Notes under the pieces: generated by a model
What the model was told of the DNA's origin: nothing
Databases searched by the model: none
The model's input: only the letters and a program-made list of their open reading frames with translations
Position numbers and translations under genes: made by a program
NCBI GenBank assembly: GCA_963731035.1
Contig: CAVSUY010000022.1
Span: forward strand, 4,887-68,886
Source: an uncultured Gammaproteobacteria bacterium
GTDB taxonomy: Bacteria; Pseudomonadota; Gammaproteobacteria; Arenicellales; JAANXG01
DNA length: 64,000 nucleotides
Direction of reading: 5' to 3'
Shown here: positions 27,337 through 37,319 of the stretch, one piece after another
How positions within the stretch are numbered: the first letter of the stretch is position 1
Layout: the number at the start of each line of letters is the position of its first letter

Positions 27337-28329
27337 TTGTATTCAGGCTTCACAAACCATATATTTTGCGTTGATTCATTAGTACAACTAATACTACCGC
27401 GACCACCTGTGAAACTGCCCCCGCTCGCTCCCCTTCGGGCCTTCGAGGCCGCCGCCCGCCACTTGAGCTTCACGCGGGCCGCCGAGGAACTGCACGTGAC
27501 CCAGGGCGCGATCAGCCAGCAAGTCAAGCAGCTCGAGGAATACCTCGGGTTCGCCCTGTTCCACCGCCGGCCCCGCAAACTGGCACTCACCGCGGAAGGC
27601 GGCGCCTTTCAGGAGGTGGTCGGCAACGCCCTGCGGCAGATCTCGGACAAGGCGGAATCATTGAAGTCGTCGCGGGACAGCGGACCCGTCACCGTGAGCG
27701 TGGTGCCGTCGTTCGCCGCCAAGTGGCTGATTCCCCGGCTCACGGCATTCCGGCAGGCCCATCCTGATATACCGGTACGAGTGGATGCCAACCATGACCG
27801 GGTCGACCTGCGCGACGGCGAGGTGGACCTGGCGGTGCGCTTCACCTGGCGGAAATTTCCCGACCTGCACTCGGTGGAGCTGTTCCGGGACCGGGTGTTC
27901 CCTGTCTGCAGCCCCGATCTGGTTCGCGAGGGTCGTGCACCCCGCACTTTGGAGGACCTGGCCAACGTGGTGCTGCTGCACGACAACGCGACGATGTGGG
28001 ATGAAAGCGCCTGCGATTGGGAGTACTGGGCCAGGGCCGTCGGCTTGAAAAACATCGATGTGCGCAGCGGACCCGGATTCACCCAGGGCGACATGGTGCT
28101 GCAGGCCGCCATGCTCGGGGACGGCGTGGCGCTGACCCGCAGCTCGCTGGCCGAGTTGGACCTCGCATCGGGGCGCCTGGTGAAACCCCTGGACATCAGC
28201 ATACCCTGCCCGTGGGCGCACTATGTCGTGTGCCTCGAAGAGTCGTTGGACCGCCCCAATATCAGGGCGTTCTATGACTGGCTGCTCGCCGAAGGATCGA
28301 GGGTCGCGCCTGTCTACGACAAGAGCTGA
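27337..28329 (+). CDS. LysR-family regulator (GcvA-like)
   Basis: LPPLAPLRAFEAAARHLSFTRAAEELHVTQGAISQQVKQLE. Start uncertain (possibly GTG near 27406). Confidence 0.85.
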   Translation: MYSGFTNHIFCVDSLVQLILPRPPVKLPPLAPLRAFEAAARHLSFTRAAEELHVTQGAISQQVKQLEEYLGFALFHRRPRKLALTAEGGAFQEVVGNALRQISDKAESLKSSRDSGPVTVSVVPSFAAKWLIPRLTAFRQAHPDIPVRVDANHDRVDLRDGEVDLAVRFTWRKFPDLHSVELFRDRVFPVCSPDLVREGRAPRTLEDLANVVLLHDNATMWDESACDWEYWARAVGLKNIDVRSGPGFTQGDMVLQAAMLGDGVALTRSSLAELDLASGRLVKPLDISIPCPWAHYVVCLEESLDRPNIRAFYDWLLAEGSRVAPVYDKS

Positions 28330-29356
28330 GCGGTCGAGCCGCCGCGTTGCCTATCCGCCTCCGGACCACCTCCAGGGAACGTTCAACGCCTGCCGCGAGA
28401 ATCCCGGAGACCGCCAGGATCAAGGGCAGCGAAGACAACACCAGCCCTGCCCCGTGCCGGCTGACTCCGATCCCCAGGGCGTGGTACAGATAGAAGACGG
28501 TCAGGCCCGCCAGAAAGTGCACCAGGTATATGGGGTAACTCAGATCACCGAGGCGCTTATCGAAGCGCCGGGTGAGCCATGAGGAAGGCTTTATCTCGGA
28601 CAGGCCCGCTACCGCCAGGCTGCACAGCACGTAGTTCGAGTAGAAGAATATTCCCGTTGACCGACCGGTCAGCCAGCCGCCCAGCCAGTTCGCAAGTATG
28701 ATCCCGACCAACACCAATGGAACCCAGGCTCCCGTCAAGTCGAGAGCTCGCCTGAAGTATTGCGGGATCGAAGCACCGAAATGAAAGATCAAGGCGCCGG
28801 TGGCGAAAGGGAGAGACGCGGAAGGGATTGCGAAGTACTGGTAAGGCCAGCCGAACTGAGCCGTCACAGCGACGACATGGTAGGCGACGCTTGCGGCAAA
28901 CCATACGATCACTGACTTTTTCGTCTTCGACAACCCGAGACCGATCAGGATATAGAAGCACAGCTCGACGGTCAGCGCCCAGGCCGGGGGTATCAAACGG
29001 GGAGCCGCCCTGGCCGGGAAGAAGATCAGGATATTCCGAGCGAGCTCGTCGACACTACCGGGGAGATAGAGAGTCGGGCGATAAGCGGTGGCAAACTGCT
29101 CTCCCACCAGCGCGATCAATAAGGCGGAAAGGCCGATGGACAGCCAATAGATCGGATAGATCCGGAGAAACCTGTTCAGTAGATAGCGAGCCGCGCCGGC
29201 CGGGGTGTGACCGTAGTCCCGGTGCATGATGCAACTCATGAGATAGCCGCTCAGCACGTAGAATCCGAACACGGCGTACGCGCCCATCCGTGGCGCCCCG
29301 CCAAGGTGCTGGGCGACCACCATCAACGCCAACGCGGTGCGGAACGTGCCGAACAT
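28262..29356 (-). CDS. acyltransferase family 3 (membrane O-acyltransferase)
   Basis: FRTALALMVVAQHLGG...FGFYVLSGYL with multiple TM segments. Last gene of the 32939-28262 operon. Confidence 0.85.
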   Translation of the reverse strand: MFGTFRTALALMVVAQHLGGAPRMGAYAVFGFYVLSGYLMSCIMHRDYGHTPAGAARYLLNRFLRIYPIYWLSIGLSALLIALVGEQFATAYRPTLYLPGSVDELARNILIFFPARAAPRLIPPAWALTVELCFYILIGLGLSKTKKSVIVWFAASVAYHVVAVTAQFGWPYQYFAIPSASLPFATGALIFHFGASIPQYFRRALDLTGAWVPLVLVGIILANWLGGWLTGRSTGIFFYSNYVLCSLAVAGLSEIKPSSWLTRRFDKRLGDLSYPIYLVHFLAGLTVFYLYHALGIGVSRHGAGLVLSSLPLILAVSGILAAGVERSLEVVRRRIGNAAARPLSSCRRQARPSILRRAASHRTP

Positions 29357-29380
29357 TACACGGCGGACCGTCGGGTCGCG

Positions 29381-30682
29381 CTAGCCGAGAATATCGAAGG
29401 TCCCTCCATCCGACAGGATGGTGCCTTCGCCGATTTCGTAGCGCAGCCCCGTATTCAGGATCCGTATATCCATGGTGCCGGCACAGCCCCTCCCGATCAC
29501 GAGCTTGTTGTGGCTGCCGCGAACCCAGATCCGCGATCCCTTGCGAAATACGACGTCGTCGCCGATCTCGACCCGGTTGTCGTGGCCCACGAGCTCGAGA
29601 CGGGCGCCCGACTCTATGCGGACATTCCGCCCGATGCTCACGACGTTCGCGAATCCCCTGGCCTTGACCTCCAGCGAGCCCGCCACTTTGCCGGATTGGC
29701 ATGTGACGCGATTGTCCTCGGAGCTCGAGTCCATGGTCACGCCCTCGACGCATGCAGCCGTAGCGGGATCTGCGGCATCCTCGCTCTCGCCCGCTCTGAG
29801 AATGCGCGGCCAGAGTCCGGAGCCGGGCGAGAATCTGTCCAGAAAACTCCGCGCATCTTCCTTGAGCGCCGGCACCACCTCGCGCAGAGCTTCGCCATCC
29901 CAGTCTACCGGTGTATCGGCAAACGGACGCCGCAGCCCGAGTTCCTTCAGAAGGGGATCAATGTGGTCGGGAGGTATCCTATCCAGCGCCTGGGCGATCT
30001 CCGGGAACTTCCCGCGTTTTCGGAAGTGCCGCATGCGCTGCGTATCGTAGAGCTTCTCCCTCCCTTCGTTCAGGCGGATGTCACATTCGGGTATTTCAAC
30101 ATCCGGATCCACGCCCAGAAAATCGAAACATCCCCGCAATACCATTCTTGGGTCCGCGGCGAGATGCTCGAGAAACACGACGTGTATCCGCCCCTCGTCC
30201 ATGTGGTCGAGATAGTTGCGGATCCGCTTCCAGTAGAAAGCATTCTCGAGAATCGACTCGTCTGTACGGGTGGCACAACCCAGAGAGTATGGCGCCAATA
30301 CGCCGTAGAGATGGCCGCTGTGATGAATCTCCTTGTACGCAGCCTCCACCCGGTCGATGGGATCGCGGGCAATGAAGATCAGCTTCATTCCTGGATAGTG
30401 ATGCAGCATCCGCTCCCGGGAGACGCGTTCGAATTCAAAATCCGTGTAGCAGGTGCTGCATTCCCCGAGCAACACGCCGGGCCGGGCATCCTTGAATCTT
30501 TCCGCGTATCCCGACCAATGGCTTAGGTAGTCCTCTTTGGGAAAGAAACAGAATTCCTTGAGACCCTCCCCCGTCGGCATGAAGAGCTGCGGATGACGCG
30601 AGAGCAGCTCGGTCAGGGTGGTAGTTCCACACTTGCTGAAACCCGGAACGATGAAATCGACGTGAATCGGAGGGCGCGTCAT
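29381..30682 (-). CDS. sulfotransferase (PAPS-dependent) fused to a C-terminal beta-helix/hexapeptide-like domain
   Basis: 5'-PSB motif VPGFSKCGTTTL and 3'-PB motif IARDPIDRVEAAY. C-terminus has repetitive V/I-G-x-x patterns. Confidence 0.85.
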   Translation of the reverse strand: MTRPPIHVDFIVPGFSKCGTTTLTELLSRHPQLFMPTGEGLKEFCFFPKEDYLSHWSGYAERFKDARPGVLLGECSTCYTDFEFERVSRERMLHHYPGMKLIFIARDPIDRVEAAYKEIHHSGHLYGVLAPYSLGCATRTDESILENAFYWKRIRNYLDHMDEGRIHVVFLEHLAADPRMVLRGCFDFLGVDPDVEIPECDIRLNEGREKLYDTQRMRHFRKRGKFPEIAQALDRIPPDHIDPLLKELGLRRPFADTPVDWDGEALREVVPALKEDARSFLDRFSPGSGLWPRILRAGESEDAADPATAACVEGVTMDSSSEDNRVTCQSGKVAGSLEVKARGFANVVSIGRNVRIESGARLELVGHDNRVEIGDDVVFRKGSRIWVRGSHNKLVIGRGCAGTMDIRILNTGLRYEIGEGTILSDGGTFDILG

Positions 30683-30691
30683 CTCACGAGC

Positions 30692-31363
30692 TCACTGGTC
30701 ACGGTATTCGAACCGGTATCGAAAGGTCTCGATGTCATCAGCGTACATCTCGGCGACCCGGTTGCGCGTCTCATCCGTATAGTAATCGCTGTAGTGCCTG
30801 GCGTTGCCGCGCCGGTTGCTGCGGGAGATCAGGCGCTCGTAGACGTCATCCATACCCAGGGAGTACAAGTACGGTCTCAAGGTAAGCTGGAGATCTTCCA
30901 GACGCAGAATTCTATCCACCATCAGTTCGCCGTCCCCGTCGCCCGCGTAGTGCCGTGTGTCGTAGGCGCCGTACTTTCGCCAGCGCACCGAGTCTTCACC
31001 GCCTCCCCCGGGGCCCTCGGTGCGCACCGTGCGCAGCCAGGCGGCGAAGCTCCCGGGGGAGTCATCTGCTTCGCCGCGCTCCTCCTCCTCGAGTACGTGT
31101 CGGTACAGCGAGACCAGCCTTTCCCAGGGATTTCGCGTGAGCATGAACCGGGTGTAGCTGTCGAAATCCAGACCTCGGCTGACGAACACCTCGCGCACCT
31201 CGATGGGACGCATGTGAGGATAGTACGGCAAGTCCTCAGTCCTCGTCAGATAATCCTTCGCGGGAAACTCGTCACTGTAGGGATTCAGGAACTGGCGTAC
31301 GCTGGAGGAACCGGTCTTGGGGTTGGCGAAGAAGATGAATCTGTAGCGGTGCGAAACGCGCAC
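30692..31363 (-). CDS. sulfotransferase family protein (type 2-like)
   Basis: FIFFANPKTGSSSV and MLTRNPWERLVSLY. Confidence 0.8.
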   Translation of the reverse strand: MRVSHRYRFIFFANPKTGSSSVRQFLNPYSDEFPAKDYLTRTEDLPYYPHMRPIEVREVFVSRGLDFDSYTRFMLTRNPWERLVSLYRHVLEEEERGEADDSPGSFAAWLRTVRTEGPGGGGEDSVRWRKYGAYDTRHYAGDGDGELMVDRILRLEDLQLTLRPYLYSLGMDDVYERLISRSNRRGNARHYSDYYTDETRNRVAEMYADDIETFRYRFEYRDQ

Positions 31364-31374
31364 GATGTTTCTCT

Positions 31375-32579
31375 CTAGGCCGCTTCGCGGGGCGGCCTCC
31401 CCGTGGTGGCCTCCAGAATCAAGGCGCTGCAGGTCTCACTCCCTTCGGCATCCCCCAGCGCCCGCAGCAGACACATCAGGTCGCCGAGCGCTACATCCCA
31501 TCGGAACCTCTCGCGAATGCGCGCCGAGGCTGCCGCCGCCGAGGACTTGTACCGGTCCCACTCGCTCCACATCTGGTGCAGCGCCGCCTCGAGCGCGCTC
31601 TCGTCGACCTTGTAGCCGCAATCCGACGGGTAGCCGAGCGGATCCCGCGATACCTCGCCTCGGTCCATCGGAAGATCCAGGGAGTTGTCATCGTCGAGGT
31701 ATTCCCCCAGCGCCGTATGCCGCGGAGCAATGACCGGGGTTGCGCAGGCGATTGACTGCAGTGGAATCAGGCCGAAACCCTCGGACTTGCTGGGGTGCAC
31801 GGTGCAGTGCGCGTTGCGGTAGCAGGCGGCGAGGCTTTCCACCTCGCGGTGCTCGGGCATGTCGAGATGGACCAGCTCTTCCGTCCGGTGCTCTTCGATG
31901 AGCTTCGGCAGATTGCCCGGCTCGTCCACTCGCAGTTGCAGCCGGACGCCGCGCGTGCCGCGAAACACATTCGCGAAGCATCGGATCAGCTCCGCGGCCC
32001 CCTTGCGGTCGGCGAAGCGGCTCGAAAACACGTTGAGAAACGTGAACGGACCGTCGGCCGGCGGCCCTTCCCCCGGCCTGAACGCCGGCTCCAGGCCGTG
32101 CCCCACAACCATGATGGGCGTCGTGACGCCGGAATCAATGAACGCGCGCCGGCAGAACTCGGACGGAACGATGACGAGGTCCATGGTCTGCAGGCGCTCC
32201 ACCCAGGCCGCCGGGATTGTCTCGCTCTCGCAGACGAAACCCGCAATCCGGACCCGGTGGCCGTCGAAGAAATCCGGGATATAACCCGGAAAACCATAGA
32301 AAAATCCCACGGGCGCATGACTATCCAGGCCAAGCCCGCTTCGAGCTCGCCGCGGAACAACGGCGGACCATAGTAGTTGCAGATTCCCGCGCCGGGGATG
32401 TGCTTCAGGACATGGGTGGCGATCTCGCCGGCGACACTCGCGATGGAACCGTATCCCTTCAGCGGTCCGTAGAATTGCAGGGGCAGACCGGAGCGCCTCG
32501 GCGCGGAGAAATCGAGAGGGGACGGAAGCTCAAACTTCGTTTCGACGGAAGCGACTACGGTTCCCATTGTGGTATTCAA
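31375..32579 (-). pseudogene. GT4 glycosyltransferase with one frameshift near 32335
   Basis: N-terminal frame reads MNTTMGT...GYGSIASVAGE...ELEAG. C-terminal frame reads LGLDSHAPVGFFYGFPGY...HPSKSEGFGLIPLQSIACATPVIAP. Span is 1205 nt (3n+2). Confidence 0.75.
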
Positions 32580-32606
32580 GCATTGACCGCACCGGCCACA
32601 CTACCC

Positions 32607-32939
32607 TCAGCAGACGTTCGTCGCGGAGAGACTGACGTTGGTGATGGTATGGCTCAGGGGGCCGGTGAGGTAGGTACTGTTGCAGTAGGGCGTGGAGCCG
32701 ACGTAGGTGAAGTGCAGGTCAACGCGCATGGCACCAGCGCTGGTCTGGGTACAGGTAACCGATACGTTGAATGCCCCGCAGGTCGGGTGCACGTATACGA
32801 ATCTCGTAGCATTGACTGAGGTGCCAACACCCGTGAGCACACCGTCCGCCGGCTTACTCACCGCGTTGAAAGTGATGATTCCATTGCTGGAACCGGGAGT
32901 GTGACAGTAGGTCACCGAGACGTTGACACTGATGGACAT
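32607..32939 (-). CDS. small Cys/Ser/Thr/Val-rich protein, first gene of the modification operon
   Basis: 110 aa from MSISVNVSVTYCHTPG. 6 Cys and 5 N-x-S/T sequons (NVS x3, NAT, NST). No signal peptide seen. Lies 27 nt upstream of the GT4 gene. Confidence 0.55.
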   Translation of the reverse strand: MSISVNVSVTYCHTPGSSNGIITFNAVSKPADGVLTGVGTSVNATRFVYVHPTCGAFNVSVTCTQTSAGAMRVDLHFTYVGSTPYCNSTYLTGPLSHTITNVSLSATNVC

Positions 32940-33299
32940 GTATGTCGCTCTTCTTTGTTCTATACTCGGTTCATCGGGGGCCGAATCACGTTGCACTTTT
33001 TCGCGAGCGACCAGGCGAGAATCCGGACGTCGGCGGAATTCGCAGGATCTGTCGCGAATTATATCCGGTAACGCTCCGACCGCAAATCAGGGATGGCGAT
33101 TGCTCCCAATCCTTGTCGGCGCGCGGGAGCAAAGCGCTATTCGACGGATGTGGACCACCAGTCAACTCTGATGGGCCGCTGGGCTCGGTTCGCCGGAAGC
33201 GGCCGGGGGGCCGGCATTCCAGTTGCGGGCGATCCTCGTCTCTGCTGTCTGAACGGCACTTCACTAGCTGATAACTGGCTTCTGCTAGCAGCAGGCACA

Positions 33300-36250
33300 G
33301 ACTGATGCCATCGCGGTATAGATCACGACTGTGGGGTCGCTCATCGCGTACAAGGGCTGATACTCCAGCCTGAAGAAAAGCTCTCTGGTGAGCGAAAGCC
33401 GGTATGTGCCCAGATACGGCTGTACGATCGCGAGCTGATCCACAGCATCCTTTCCGTGGACTTGGCGATGGGACTAGCACGTCTAGGTTGCAGGAGGCGA
33501 TGAGAACCGCTAAGGCGCACACGGCACCACTAGGCTCAATGGATGTGCTCTGGGAAAAGGCATTGCATCTTGTCCCAAGACAACCAATGAAGCGTAGACA
33601 GAACTACTGCAGCTGTACTCGGAGGGGTGATCCTCCGCAATACTGTCTTTGCTCGCCAGTACGAACTAGATGTCGACTAGATCGCTAGCAGGACTACCGT
33701 GAAAAGCGCGTCACTGCGAAAGCTGTTTATGACGGTTCTCGCAGCTAGGAGCTGAACCACTGTCGCGAGAATCAGAACTGGGACTAGGAAACGCTGGCAA
33801 AGCAGGACGACTACGGGAAACAGAAGGTAGAACTGCATCTCCAGTGACAGCGACTAGTGCCGAACAGGATGTTGCGGTACTCACTGTCGCTATACAACAG
33901 CTCAAAGGTATAGTTGGCGAAGTTGAGCAGGCGCTGGCACCGACGATCAGGTTGCTCTTGACTGTTCTCAACGCTCCGGTTTCATTGAACTGCGCCTAGC
34001 ACGAGACCTGCGATACCGTCTACGCTGCGCATGATGCGCTAGATGCGGCGGATCTAGAAGGCTGTGGCGTGTGGTAGAACTGTCTCTTGCTCGATGCGGT
34101 TTGAAGCTGCGAGAGCAAGTGCGTGCGATCTCGAAACTCGAGTGACTAAGAAAAGAGTGACGCTACTGGCGCTTGAACTAGTCGCTGAAAAACTACAGAG
34201 ACTCGGTCTTCTAGTGGAACTGTTTGAGCTTCAGTTGATAGATTATACTAGTACTATCGCGACGGTTAGGAGCACTTCGATGTCGTCAATCTGGGAAGTT
34301 GCGCTGCTTTTTTCAGAGGCGTACATGTCGGTTAGAGCGGCATGGATTGATCTCTTTGGTTGTGAACTATCTAAGCGAGTTCTCTGTATTATATATTCGA
34401 ACTGTGGAGCTAGCTGAGTTACTAGGGGTCGTTTATGTCGGATTATTGATCTTTTGATGAACGACAACGTTTCTTTGTCTATTTGCTTCGGAAAGCTCTG
34501 TGGTAGCGATGGTCTCGGCTCGGGCAGTCGAGACTGTGTGGTGTATTTATCTGAAAGCGCTGCGAGGACTGAGAAACACAGAGGTGGCATCGGATACAGA
34601 GTCGCGTAACGATGATGACTAGCGAGTGCTACGTCATCGCTTTCTCATCTCTCTCGGCTGGCGCGCTCGGTTAGCGCGCTGCTGCTGTGATTTTCACCGG
34701 CTACGACGTCTACGATGATTCGTACAAGACTGACACTTCGGGACGCTGATCGGATAGCTGAACGACTATTCGTTGATCGTGTGTGCTCTGAGCTTACAGC
34801 GCTTACTGTCTGATATTAACTGACTAAAGCGATAGCGAGATCGCTGCAATTATATCTCTCTGTTAGAGCGCTACGACACTGTTAGAAAGAACTATGACTG
34901 CTATAGAGAAATCGAGCTTGCTTCAGTGCTGTATACGTGGACAGCTACTATCTTTGCTTCTCTCGGTAAAGCTCGTAGAGCTATTTCTCAGCGCTGGGGT
35001 TTCGAATCTCACTGAAATCGGCGACAGTGTTTGCTGCGCGTGCTGGACTTCTGCTGATCGGGTGAGTGCTTTAGCTTTTGAGAAGTTTTGTACTGCTAGA
35101 AGATTGAAGAACTTAGAAGAATGCTGACAGAGCTATGATTCTGCTGCTAAAGCGAATTGATATGCATCAATTTTTCTATGTATTACTAAATATAAGAGCA
35201 ATTAAGTTAGATTAGATTGCTCTGCGACTTAGTCAGAGCTAAGAAACGATCTATTCTGAGAAACGATAGCAATTTCAATAAAGTGATATATGTGATAGAA
35301 ATCTTAGATCAGCTACATTTCTCTGCGATTTCGGAGTACTTTGCGAGCGACTCTATTGAACTACTGCAATTGCTGATAGAGCGCGTAGCGCTGATTCTGT
35401 CGATTAGTACTATGCTAGAGATCTACGCTGCGCTGAGAACAAACTCGCTATCTTAGTGTCTGTTGACTTGTGAGCTCTACTCGCATCTTCTGAGTAACAG
35501 CTGAATGCTGAGTATTAATTCGAAGTGCTGAGCGCTTTCTGCTTAACGCACCGCTTCTACGACGACGCTACTCTGTTCTTCTAGACCGACGCTCTCGATC
35601 TCATACTGCTGCGCATGTCTGAGAGCTAGCGAAAATAAAACGTTTATATGCTAAGTGCTATTAATAGCTGTAGATCTGAACTCAACTTCTTATTGCAACT
35701 AGCTAGCGAACACTACTTTCTTCTTCCTAGACTACTCTGCGATGTGTCTGCTCAAACAATCGCGGATTTCTTGATCCTAGCGTAGTGCTCATCGCGCTGA
35801 GCTGAGACGCTCATACAGAACTGATCTCTGCTGAAAATAAGTACAAATTAAACTCTTAGCGCTACACAGATCTACGCTCTTCGAATCTCCCACTCTCTAC
35901 TGAGACAGCTTGTGCGACTATAACTGAGAGAGCTTCGCAGAGTTTTCTAAAAATATTACAAAACTACGCTAACGACACGGACACCGATTACTCTCTGTGT
36001 CCGCTGCACGCGCTAACTGTTAGCGCGCTACTGAGAAACTCACACCGTAGCTACGCACTCTAGAGCTAGCTCTATCCGTTACTGCGCTATCTTGCTCATA
36101 GCTGCGACGCTGAGAAGACCGCTCTCTATTGCACTGAGCTGAGCTGACCCGAATACAGCTATACTTCGATCTCAAAGCTTCCTGCCGATATTGAACGCAC
36201 GATCGCTATTCGAACTGCCAAACTCACGGCCCGACTCAACAGTGAACCGA
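33300..36250. other. ORF-free, compositionally graded tract (GC minimum ~32% near 35.2 kb; CTAG-rich; GG/CC-poor)
   Basis: No ORF >117 aa in six frames, and all three stop codons occur in all frames. Dinucleotide and tetranucleotide hand counts are given in the findings. Confidence 0.8.
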
Positions 36251-36606
36251 CAGATCGCCTGAATCTCTCCGCTGTGCTACGCCCGCCGCCCGCACTCCGA
36301 GCAGCTCCGACGAGCTCGTGCCGCTGTTCGCACGGAATTCGACGATATCCCGCGAGGAATGAGCACCTGCCGCAGAACGACTGACGCGCGCTCGAGAGAC
36401 ACGAGAGCCATCCCCACTCCGCGTCGCGCACGGCGGTGCGCACGCATGCGTCGCACCCGCGAACGATCCCGCCCGCTCGCGCCCTGCGCAGAGAACACGA
36501 CCGGCCGAACCGGTACGGCCTGGTGGTGGAGAGAAACGACGCGGACAGCCGATCGCTACCACCGGTAAGGCGGAAGGGGAGCTGACACGGAGCTGAGCGC
36601 ACCTGC

Positions 36607-37228
36607 ATGAGATATCGCTTCCCGGAGGCGCGGCGCCCCCGAGCCCGACGACGAGAGCCGGCGACCACGGAGCTGGAGCTCCGGGCGACGACACCCACGA
36701 TCCGAATCCGCCGGACGGCCGCAGAACTGCGTCGACCCGACACTGCTACTGCCTGGCTCTCACACACCCGGACGCCACCTACTGCACCCGACCACACGAC
36801 ACCAACCTCGGTGTCGGCCACTCCCGCACCCCTTGCGACGGTGGCACGGCAGAAATGCCGCGTCGCGCTCACCAACAGCTCCATCCGGACGCCGCGATCG
36901 CCGCCCGCCCTGGCGAGCCACTACTGCGACAACGCGACCAGCGGCGAAGGCCAGTGCCGCCGCTGATGGAGTACATGTCCGCCGGCGCACCGGCAGTGGC
37001 TCCCGATCACACGGGAATGATGGACTACGTGAACCGGCACAACGCGCCATCGCGGAGGCCGACCGCGAGCCCTGCGGATGGCCCCAGGATGGCCGCGGCG
37101 CGCACCGCACCCCGCCGGCGCCCAACAAGGAGTCCCTGGTGCGCCAGCTCCGGAGAAGCTACGACGTCGCGGCCAACTCTCCCTCCTTGTACGCGGAGAT
37201 GGCCGGGCGAGCCCGGTCGACCTGCTGA
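36607..37228 (+). pseudogene. GT4 glycosyltransferase fossil (C-terminal half recognisable, several frame changes)
   Basis: ...RVALTNSSIRTPRSPPALASHYCDNATSGEGQCRR / LMEYMSAGAPAVAPDHTGMMDYV / PNKESLVRQLRRSYDVAANSPSLYAEMAGRAR lie in three frames. They align to VHLDMPEH..LAACYRNA..PSKSEGFGLIPLQSIACATPVIAPRHTALGEYL of the gene at 31375-32579. Confidence 0.55.
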
Positions 37229-37319
37229 AGCACTGCTCGCCGGCGGCTGTCTCCACAAGCTCCAGCAACCGACGACGCGCACGGCGAGCGGATGTCTCCA
37301 CCCCGTGAGGCGGAGGAAC

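Noticed and set aside
34997-35010. tRNA T-arm-like string ggggtttcgaatctc with an upstream gctcgtagagc D-arm-like hairpin
   Set aside because: The spacing is too short for an anticodon arm. The T-stem does not pair and there is no acceptor stem.
33300-36250. Stop-codon reassignment (TGA, TAG or TAA sense) to rescue ORFs in the tract
   Set aside because: Hand translation of 35,401-35,700 shows TAA, TAG and TGA mixed in all three forward frames, and the reverse frames are likewise closed. No single reassignment opens a frame.
33300-36250. CRISPR array, rRNA or tandem-repeat explanation for the ORF-free tract
   Set aside because: No recurring repeat unit or regular spacing, and no rRNA signature strings. 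Only short palindromes (gctagc, tagagctagctcta, gcgctaac..gttagcgc) expected from the CTAG/AGCT/GCGC-rich composition.
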